A stretch of 64,000 nucleotides of DNA from Auanema rhodensis (taxonomy: Eukaryota; Animalia; Nematoda), in the NCBI GenBank assembly GCA_964057225.1, contig OZ059898.1:20398001-20462000 (forward strand). Direction: 5' to 3'. The notes under the pieces are model-generated. The model was not told where the DNA came from. It saw only the letters and a program-made list of their open reading frames with translations, and ran no database searches. Shown piece by piece: positions 57,241-64,000 of the stretch. A program made the position numbers and the translations under genes. Positions within the stretch are counted from its first letter, which is position 1. Every line of letters begins with the position of its first letter.

Positions 57241-60200
57241 AAAACGACAAAAGTCAACTTAACGAACAGCTTCCCCATGGAAGACGAGGACGAAGAGGAA
57301 CACGTTATACAGTTTTCAACTCAAACGAAAACTAACCAATACCACAGCGCATTGTTACCCATTGGACAAATAGAGCTCCTTCATAAGGACAGGACCATAT
57401 CAATCCCAGCCCTACTAGACTGTGGATCAGACACTTCATTTATCGACGAGGACCTATCTAAGGAACTGGAACTCCCAATAGTGGAATCCAAAAGAGTCAA
57501 AATCAAAACATTTGGTAACACAGCATCAATCGAAAGACTCAACAAAGTGGAAACAATGTTCAAAGGACACAATTCCCACATCCTCGCACAACTTTGGACT
57601 AAGAAAGTCCTAACAGGACCTATTTCTACCGTCCGATTCTCTAAACCGACCAACACGTGCTACAAGCTGAACAAAAATATGAAGATAACTCCAAGAATCC
57701 TCATAGGATCTGACCTCATGTGGCAAGCATTAATCTCAGTCGAACCATTATCCAAGGAACACATGGTAGTACACACCCAGTTCGGAGACTTTATTACCGG
57801 CCAAGCCACAAACCAGAAGTCGTTGAATGCTCACTCAGTAATATCGGAAGACTTATCCATTTCAATTCCAATATGGAACAAAAGCTTTGTAGAAGAACAA
57901 AGCGAATTCACCGGAACAGAAGCTGAGGAAAAAACCGCCAGAGACAAACTAATTCTGGATCAATTCAAGGAAACAATCCAACAAAAAGAAGATGGTTACT
58001 ACGTATCATTTCCATGGAAAGACAACGCCCATCTACTCCCCGACAACAAAGTTTTAGCACTCAAAAGACTCACCAGTCTTGTACTAAAACTATCCCAACA
58101 ACCAACATTACTCGAAGGATACAACAAAATAATTGAAGAACAGTTGGACCTAGGAATAATCGAAGAAGCTAAGGACCCTTATCCCAACGCATACAGGATC
58201 CATTACATAGCTCACCAAGCAGTAGTAACTCCTCAGAAAGAGACTACTAAAATCAGGATTGTCTACGATGCTTCTGGACATTATCAAAACAAGCCTAGCT
58301 TGAACGACGTCATACACCAAGGACCACTAATCTTACCATCACTAATTGGAATGATTCTAAGATTTAGATGTGGAAACACAGCTATGATAGCGGACGTACA
58401 AAAAGCCTTCTTACAAATTCGACTCCATGAGTCAGAAAGAGATGCTACTCGTTTCTTTTGGCTCAGAGATATTCATCAACCACTAAGCACGGACAACACC
58501 AGAACTCTACGATTCTGCCGAGTACCATTTGGCATCAATGCATCACCATTCCTTCTCGGAGCCACCATACGACACCACCTACAGAAGAAAAGCTCAGAAA
58601 GTCTTCTAGCACATAAAATCAAAGACAATCTTTATGTGGACAACTTACTCCTTGCCTCTGACTCAGCAGACCAAGTCAGAATGTGGTATTCCGAAACAAA
58701 GGATATATTCCAGGAAATGAATATGAAACTCCAAGAGTTCATATCCAACGATCAGATATTCAATTCAAATCTGACTCCTGAAGAACGGAATGCCTCCACA
58801 ACACCTAAAATATTAGGACTTCCCTGGGACACATTATCAGACCAATGGATAATTCAAGCTCAAATCCCGGAAACCAAGCTAACAAAGAGAGGAGTCACAC
58901 AAGCTATCGCATCAATCTTCGATCCAATGGGTATGATCTGCCCAAGTTTACACCCACTACGAATCTTCCTTCAAAATCTATGGACAGAAAGTTTCGATTG
59001 GGACACTACACTACCAATGGAAATCCAAACCAGATGGAAACAATTATGCGAAAATTTTCACATCAACATAAGGATCCCCCGTCCCCTACCATCGGATACC
59101 AATGGACAATACCATCTGGTAACATGTACCGATTCTAGCGGCAATGCATTAGGATTCTGCTGCTACTTAATCGCAGCATCAACACGACAATTAGCCTTAA
59201 TATTCGCAAAATCTAAATTGCATTCCAAAAACTCAACAATAACAATTCCAAAGGCTGAAATCTCGGCACTAACGATTGGAGTTTTTAACACGCTAAAAAT
59301 CGTGAAGGAAATACAGGACAACATCAAGATTCTAACAGCTACATTCCTCTCCGACTCAGAAATAACACTTGCTTGGATTCGCAAAAAACCAGACCAAAAA
59401 ACGACAGGAGTTTTAGTACAGAACCGAATCAAGGAAATTTCTAATCACATTGAAGAGCTCGAAGATCTGGACATAAAAACTTCATTTGGATACATCCACA
59501 CCAAAGACAACCCAGCGGACCTAGCCACAAGAGGCTGCACAACTGAAGAACTTGAGGATCACTTTTGGTGGAACCCAAAAGCACAGCTAGAAAAAGCTTT
59601 AAACGGACCTCTGTTTTCACTCTGTGACGAAGAAATACGGATACACGCAGCCACTACAGAAACAAGCGATGAAGAACCTTGGATATCAGACTGCTCATCC
59701 TGGATTGAAGCTCAACAAAAATGGATATCCGTACACTACCCACTGACAACAACTCATACGCCTTCCATGTATGCAGAAGCAGAAACCAATCTTCTTCACC
59801 TTCATCAAAACAATTTAATGGTCAGGCTATCAGCAGCCCAAAGGAACGATTTGCGACCTTTACTTAAAAACCATTTATGGTATAGTAGAGGACGTATGAA
59901 CAATGCTGAACTCGAAGAGAGTGCAAAACTACCGATTATAATCTTACCTAAAACAAAAACGGCAAGATTATTAATCGAACATGTTCACGGACAACTCCAC
60001 AAGAGCACAGCACACACAATGGCTGATATTCGCCAAAAATACTGGATACCGCAACTTCGCTCACAAACTCAATCCGTAATAAGGAAATGCCCTGATTGTC
60101 AAAAGATGAACAATCGGCCATACATCTACCCACCTTCAGGAGATGTACCAAGCAGACGTATAAGGAAAAGTCGCCCATTTCAACACGTTGGACTAGACTA

Positions 60201-63200
60201 CTTCGGACCCATAACAACACAGGACCGAAACCAGAAAGCTTGGGGCTGCATCTACACCTGTACCGTCACAAGACTCATTCACTTGGAAGTGATTGAAGAT
60301 TTAACTACTAAATCTTTCTTGAGTTGCTTGAGAAAAATTTGGGCCAGACGAGGATGCCCAGAAAGCATCACATGTGACAATGCATCTACCTTCGAGCTAG
60401 GACAGAAAATCGCCAACAAGCTCATCGTAACAGCCACTACTAACACTTCCGAGAATCAGCATCGAATCAAATGGTACAACATAACTCCATACGCCCCATG
60501 GCAAGGAGGATTTTATGAACGACTCATAAGATCAGTAAAAAATGCCTTATACAAAACACTTCACGGCACACCATCAACAGAAGAATTGTCAATCACATTG
60601 GCAGAATGTGAAGCGACAATCAACACACGACCACTAACCTATATTGGATCAGACACGACGAGAGACGAAATCATTCGACCATGCGACTTCATCCATAAGG
60701 ACATAGATCTGAACATCTACATTGAATCTGAAGATGAAGATTCAGAATACATCGACAATCCAGCTCTTCAAACACAAGCAGATACGGAACTAGCCTTACA
60801 CTCTTCCCGTAAACGGACAAACAAATTTTGGGAACTATGGTCTGAACTCTACCTCAAAGAACTCCGAGAGTCTCATCACCACACAATATCCGTGAAGAAA
60901 GCAGGCACCAACACAAAACCAGAAATTGGACAAATCGTTTTGATCAACGATAGCCCAATTCCTAGACACAAATGGCCAACAGGACGAATTACGAATATTC
61001 ACCCCGACTCAGCGGGTAATATAAGGGAAGTCACACTTCTATCAGAGAATGGAAGAGAATTGAAAAGACCAGTCAACTTACTACACCCAATGGAACTATC
61101 CACGGACAATATTCCACAAACTCTTCAGAAATTGGAAACTATAAGCCCCGCAGTCACTCAACGACAACAAAATCCTCGCAATCTTGAAAGAAAATGGTAC
61201 GGAGAAACTGCATCAATACTCACTCTTCTAACAATATTCACTATATTCCTACCTACAACAATGGCCAATCCAACTATCTCCTGCAATCCAAAGGGAGTCT
61301 TGATACAAGGAATGAACACGGATAATCAACAAGTATGCTCACACAACACTTGTTACAACAGTAGTGAAGGAGGATTGATAACTCTTCCTCTTGAGGACAT
61401 CCTATCAGACTACGAAGTAACTTGGACCTTTAATCACAACTCCAGACTACAATACATGACATTAAACTGTCCAGCAGTTCATTTTTGCTCTACAGTGTCA
61501 TGCACGTTCTGCTCAGCCACATTATTTAACCCATCTTGCTGGCCCTGGACCTCTATGTTACTATTCAGCTTCATAACCTACATAATCACAGCCATTTGCT
61601 ACGGACTATTGCATTCACCATGGGTCATTGGAAAAGCCATCAGACTTTGGACCAACTTCATATACGCAATATGCACATCGTTATTCGGACAGCTATACAT
61701 CCGGACAAATAGATTTAACAAGAAAACAGTTATCCCATTAATAACGCTTCTGTTAATTCACCAATCAATGGCTTGCCAAGAACTTAGTATGAGCACTTCC
61801 CAAGAATCCTCATGCAACAAAGAAACATGCAAGATACAGACTGGACAATCTCTCACTATCAGCCCGTACACACAAGAAGCATGCCTAACGTTCACTAACA
61901 ATCAGAACAAGTTCTCCTTTCTGCGCATACAATGGATCAAAACAACATACTTCTGTGAAATCCGTTCACTCTTCTTCACCCGAGCAACCAGTACTCATGT
62001 AAAGAATAGCAAAAGATGCGCAAGAACTGGATCTTGCCAAGAAAACAAATGCAGCACCATTCAATCGGACACCATGGTTCACGAACTAGAACTAGCCAAC
62101 CAATATCCTGGATCTACACACTGCACAGAATCCTGCGGAGGATTTGGCTGTGGCTGCTTCTATCCATCTTCAGGATGCCTCTTCTACCGCACCTACATGA
62201 AACCTATAGACAAATCTGTTTACGAAGTCTTTTCATGTAACGAATGGATACCTTCCACACAACTACATATCACCTATCTGAACGGAACCACAACCACTTC
62301 ACGGAACATCACGCTTCATTCGGACATTCAAACAGACGTACATCCTTTCAAATTCTCCGCAATCAGTCTAACACCTCCTATTATTCCAAGAATGCAAGGA
62401 CAATTTATTAGAAATTTGACAAGACTGGCCATATGGAACATGAAGTCTACACTGACATGCTCATCTCATGAAAAAGCAAAGAAATTGGACTGTAAAGCAA
62501 ACCCTCAGTGTGAATGCACTCCTGCAGAAGACTCAGTCAACTGCCATTGTGAAAACCAGAACATTCAATCAGTCTTTAACAGTGTTCAAACCATTTTACC
62601 TATATTCACACCTGCTTACTCAATCGAACAGTCACAACGGAACCTTGAAATCAACATCTATCGCAACATGATGGCAGAAATTTATGTAACAGTGGATGGA
62701 ATCTTCAATGTATCATCATCGCACGACGACTCGACATGTTTAATCCATGACTCAATGGTTAGAGGATGCTACAACTGCCAAAACGGAGCACAAGCCAACA
62801 TCATATGTACTTCACCCATAAATGCTTTAGCTGCCACGAACTGCGGTGACACAGCCTTTATGCTACAATGCAGTCCAAAAGGAACATCAAACAATATTCG
62901 ATTACCTATCACTACAGCATCACCATGGATCAACTGTTCATATTCATGCGGACACAATATACAATATTTCTCTCTAACAGGAATATTATATTACGTCAGC
63001 AATATTCAGGACCTACAGAAACACTACATAGAAGGAAACCACTCCTCACTTCACGAAACAGCTATTACCTTTCAATGGCCCGATATTACCCATTTCTACA
63101 ACATCTACCTAGGCTGGTACAAAGAAATTGCAATCTGCATCCTTATAGTAATGCTAGCCCTTGCTGTTTCTTATCACATCATCGCGGCTTACGCAACAAA

Positions 63201-64000
63201 ATTCACCGTCAGCTCCGCCCATGTCATCATTCACCTCGTAAAAATTATTCTCTGGTTACCCATCGCTGTCACCAGCTTCTTCGCCCGCCAGCTCTTTCTT
63301 CTATACAAAAGAAAGACTCACATCCTTCTCGTATTCATACTCACTATAATGTCTATTCCTACTACTCGCTGCTCCGATATTCAAGGTGTCATTGATCGCT
63401 CCAATCATAGATGCCAGAAATACATCCGACTTCCCTTGGAAAAGAGGACCGAATGCCTCAAAGAACTGACTAGGACCATGGACTCCACCCTGAAGCTTCT
63501 CTTTAGCTTAGAGGAGAACAAGGAAACCCCCACCGGAAAAGTCAACGATGTCGCAGCTAATGCTTTAATAGCATACATCAAGCTCAAAGATTTCCTATCT
63601 ACAGCTAAAACATCTTATGTTTTTAATATGGAAAAGGAAAAGCTTAGAATTTTTGGCAATGAGAAGCGCCTCACAGACCTCGTCCGCAACATTCAGAAGG
63701 ACCATCTTAGCTCTATCGAACTTAAGAACATGCCTTATGGATTTACAAAGGTCCAGAAGGAAAGGGATCCAGCTCCCACTACAAAGAGCAACATTATAGT
63801 CGTAGAAGCTATGCCCGAACTCAAAAGGATAGATCTCACAACCCGCAACATCGGTGAGGATCTTACAACTTTGACTCGAATTATTATGAGATCAAACAAT
63901 GACGACAAAGGCAAGGACATATTGGATGAACTCCGACAGATCAAGGACCTATTGAAGCAAATGGTCCCAAAGACCATTCAGCCAACCTTATCAAAGGACA
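55825..64000 (+). CDS. Gag-Pol-Env(+X) polyprotein, at least 2725 aa, open at the window end
   Basis: Hand translation in frame +1 found no stop from ATG 55825 (MPLLRSPISKD...) to ...MVPKTIQPTLSKD. Upstream in-frame stops lie at 55759-55764. An alternative in-frame ATG is at 55873. Confidence 0.95.
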   Translation, partial: MPLLRSPISKDTTAQNMVHQAEPSEAARAEAWIGKCYQLLEKIRESDNKRKSFVNRTVNYHSNRASNMIEIRLTEIRSIQEDTEAIQNLIEEMRNITDNLTAEDQERLTANECTLRRHIKSLTDYKIHIEGQIEFLRNSRQDQDLRGTIPRLQTPQLEESIGGFPSNQDTNINQGHPMIVQDNYRYRQTVKPVDIPKFDGNIKNWTNFWTLFNRLIHTANIQDIEKFNYLRQSLTGEAASLISSFSTDEESYHPAVSYLRSVYDHEDKILRYLMLDFIQLKAQSPSNKDLLLLMRKINGIARQTERNNEAALNALAIVLIQQKLPGHILQEVYRSGSNSNMNWRQLVDNTEKYLQHEQEVKNISSDLQTKPVPRTMHQSYNRQNFVTNNRPKPDNKKPSGKQTSNSCIFCQKPHAPWTCDTPKTRKERLTILNQDKRCINCLRKSHATEACPSKRLCSNCGGKHIDLLCFKKKTTKVNLTNSFPMEDEDEEEHVIQFSTQTKTNQYHSALLPIGQIELLHKDRTISIPALLDCGSDTSFIDEDLSKELELPIVESKRVKIKTFGNTASIERLNKVETMFKGHNSHILAQLWTKKVLTGPISTVRFSKPTNTCYKLNKNMKITPRILIGSDLMWQALISVEPLSKEHMVVHTQFGDFITGQATNQKSLNAHSVISEDLSISIPIWNKSFVEEQSEFTGTEAEEKTARDKLILDQFKETIQQKEDGYYVSFPWKDNAHLLPDNKVLALKRLTSLVLKLSQQPTLLEGYNKIIEEQLDLGIIEEAKDPYPNAYRIHYIAHQAVVTPQKETTKIRIVYDASGHYQNKPSLNDVIHQGPLILPSLIGMILRFRCGNTAMIADVQKAFLQIRLHESERDATRFFWLRDIHQPLSTDNTRTLRFCRVPFGINASPFLLGATIRHHLQKKSSESLLAHKIKDNLYVDNLLLASDSADQVRMWYSETKDIFQEMNMKLQEFISNDQIFNSNLTPEERNASTTPKILGLPWDTLSDQWIIQAQIPETKLTKRGVTQAIASIFDPMGMICPSLHPLRIFLQNLWTESFDWDTTLPMEIQTRWKQLCENFHINIRIPRPLPSDTNGQYHLVTCTDSSGNALGFCCYLIAASTRQLALIFAKSKLHSKNSTITIPKAEISALTIGVFNTLKIVKEIQDNIKILTATFLSDSEITLAWIRKKPDQKTTGVLVQNRIKEISNHIEELEDLDIKTSFGYIHTKDNPADLATRGCTTEELEDHFWWNPKAQLEKALNGPLFSLCDEEIRIHAATTETSDEEPWISDCSSWIEAQQKWISVHYPLTTTHTPSMYAEAETNLLHLHQNNLMVRLSAAQRNDLRPLLKNHLWYSRGRMNNAELEESAKLPIIILPKTKTARLLIEHVHGQLHKSTAHTMADIRQKYWIPQLRSQTQSVIRKCPDCQKMNNRPYIYPPSGDVPSRRIRKSRPFQHVGLDYFGPITTQDRNQKAWGCIYTCTVTRLIHLEVIEDLTTKSFLSCLRKIWARRGCPESITCDNASTFELGQKIANKLIVTATTNTSENQHRIKWYNITPYAPWQGGFYERLIRSVKNALYKTLHGTPSTEELSITLAECEATINTRPLTYIGSDTTRDEIIRPCDFIHKDIDLNIYIESEDEDSEYIDNPALQTQADTELALHSSRKRTNKFWELWSELYLKELRESHHHTISVKKAGTNTKPEIGQIVLINDSPIPRHKWPTGRITNIHPDSAGNIREVTLLSENGRELKRPVNLLHPMELSTDNIPQTLQKLETISPAVTQRQQNPRNLERKWYGETASILTLLTIFTIFLPTTMANPTISCNPKGVLIQGMNTDNQQVCSHNTCYNSSEGGLITLPLEDILSDYEVTWTFNHNSRLQYMTLNCPAVHFCSTVSCTFCSATLFNPSCWPWTSMLLFSFITYIITAICYGLLHSPWVIGKAIRLWTNFIYAICTSLFGQLYIRTNRFNKKTVIPLITLLLIHQSMACQELSMSTSQESSCNKETCKIQTGQSLTISPYTQEACLTFTNNQNKFSFLRIQWIKTTYFCEIRSLFFTRATSTHVKNSKRCARTGSCQENKCSTIQSDTMVHELELANQYPGSTHCTESCGGFGCGCFYPSSGCLFYRTYMKPIDKSVYEVFSCNEWIPSTQLHITYLNGTTTTSRNITLHSDIQTDVHPFKFSAISLTPPIIPRMQGQFIRNLTRLAIWNMKSTLTCSSHEKAKKLDCKANPQCECTPAEDSVNCHCENQNIQSVFNSVQTILPIFTPAYSIEQSQRNLEINIYRNMMAEIYVTVDGIFNVSSSHDDSTCLIHDSMVRGCYNCQNGAQANIICTSPINALAATNCGDTAFMLQCSPKGTSNNIRLPITTASPWINCSYSCGHNIQYFSLTGILYYVSNIQDLQKHYIEGNHSSLHETAITFQWPDITHFYNIYLGWYKEIAICILIVMLALAVSYHIIAAYATKFTVSSAHVIIHLVKIILWLPIAVTSFFARQLFLLYKRKTHILLVFILTIMSIPTTRCSDIQGVIDRSNHRCQKYIRLPLEKRTECLKELTRTMDSTLKLLFSLEENKETPTGKVNDVAANALIAYIKLKDFLSTAKTSYVFNMEKEKLRIFGNEKRLTDLVRNIQKDHLSSIELKNMPYGFTKVQKERDPAPTTKSNIIVVEAMPELKRIDLTTRNIGEDLTTLTRIIMRSNNDDKGKDILDELRQIKDLLKQMVPKTIQPTLSKD
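55874..55888 (+). promoter_or_regulatory. Primer binding site, tRNA-Gly(GCC)-like
   Basis: TGGTGCATCaGGCCG directly follows the LTR-terminal CA. TGGTGCATC is complementary to the invertebrate tRNA-Gly(GCC) 3' end (...GATGCACCA). Confidence 0.8.
57349..57801 (+). CDS. Aspartic protease domain of the polyprotein
   Basis: ALLDCGSDTSFI (catalytic D at 57418), downstream ILIGSD, and TQFGDFITG. Confidence 0.9.
57961..59580 (+). CDS. pol: Reverse transcriptase and RNase H domains of the polyprotein
   Basis: RT motifs KIRIVYDAS, SLNDVIHQGP, ADVQKAFLQI, RVPFGINASPFLL, LYVDN (58633), KILGLPWD, SIFDPMG. RNase H motifs CTDSS, TIPKAE, SDSEITLAWI, NPADLATRG. Confidence 0.96.
59881..61098 (+). CDS. Integrase (HHCC zinc finger, DDE core, DUF5641-like C-terminus)
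   Basis: HGQLH...CPDC; PFQHVGLDYFGP (D 60196); CDNA (D 60376); PWQGGFYERL (E 60517); NTRPLTY; FWELWSELYLKELRE; PRHKWPTGRI; RPVNLLHPME. Confidence 0.96.
61210..61773 (+). CDS. Env N-terminal part: internal signal peptide, about 93-aa Cys-rich Gn-like ectodomain, TM segment, tail and second signal peptide
   Basis: RKW...ASILTLLTIFTIFLPTTMA|NPTISC; CPAVHFCSTVSCTFCSATLFNPSCWP; hydrophobic WTSMLLFSFITYIITAICYGLL; KKTVIPLITLLLIHQSMA|C. Confidence 0.75.
61774..63189 (+). CDS. env: Phlebovirus/phenuivirus Gc-like class II membrane fusion glycoprotein
   Basis: Starts CQELSMST after the signal peptide. Motifs EACL, SKRCARTGSC, fusion loop CGGFGCGCF (62134-62160), GCLFYR, GCYNCQNGA. Sequons NGT, NIT, NLT, NVS. 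C-terminal TM IAICILIVMLALAVSYHII. Confidence 0.93.
63307..64000 (+). CDS. Post-Env in-frame module of unknown function (signal-peptide-like segment plus at least 209 aa charged helical domain)
   Basis: No stop after the Gc TM. KRKTHILLVFILTIMSIPTTRC is followed by SDIQGVIDRSNHRCQKYIRLPLEKRTECLKELTRTMDSTLKLLFSLEE...DILDELRQIKDLLKQM. Confidence 0.75.

Larger units (their letters stand above)
55425..64000 (+). mobile_element. Env-bearing BEL/Pao LTR retrotransposon / endogenous retrovirus (Belpaoviridae, Cer7/Cer13/Atlas-like); 3' end outside the window
   Basis: LTR, PBS and a single gag-pol-env ORF with PR-RT-RH-IN order, three Gag zinc knuckles, Pao-type RT (YVDN) and a phlebovirus Gc-like env. 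Confidence 0.96.

Noticed and set aside
57409-57432. Protease motif DCG instead of DTG/DSG as a sign of inactivation
   Set aside because: LLDxGS variants are common in BEL/Pao proteases and the catalytic Asp is present.
61122-61128. TCTTCAG as a splice or trans-splice acceptor for an env mRNA
   Set aside because: Weak match to TTTTCAG, and there is no in-frame ATG between it and the signal sequence. Not supportable without RNA data.
61774-63189. Free-standing endogenous bunyavirus element or host EFF-1/AFF-1 fusogen
   Set aside because: It is in frame with BEL/Pao gag-pol, has a phlebovirus-type hydrophobic fusion loop and lacks introns, so it is the element's env.
55662-63977. Short ORFs in the supplied track, including the 175-aa ORF at 62868-63395
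   Set aside because: They are off-frame or antisense to the long frame +1 polyprotein or lie in the LTR, and have no recognisable domains. An overprinted product from the 175-aa ORF cannot be strictly excluded but has no support.

Overview
This is a eukaryotic window, very probably from a nematode (inferred from the retroelement type). Bases 1-55424 are a highly homogeneous, AT-rich tandem satellite of about 312 copies of a 176-bp monomer, with nested higher-order duplications (4-, 6-, 10-, 15- and 37-mers). The array is interrupted once, at 44513-44945, by a 433-bp insert that looks like the 3' end of a non-LTR retrotransposon on the minus strand. At 55425 a monomer is cut by an apparently intact, env-bearing BEL/Pao (Belpaoviridae) LTR retroelement. 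It has a 449-bp 5' LTR (TGT...ACA), a tRNA-Gly-type primer binding site, and one uninterrupted + strand ORF from 55825 past the window end (at least 2725 codons). The ORF track misses this ORF because it has no stop in the window. It encodes Gag, protease, RT, RNase H, integrase, a very short Gn-like protein and a phlebovirus-type class II fusogen (Gc). It then continues, after a third signal-peptide-like segment, into at least 209 aa of an unrecognised helical domain with different codon usage. The short ORFs in the track are off-frame or antisense artefacts.
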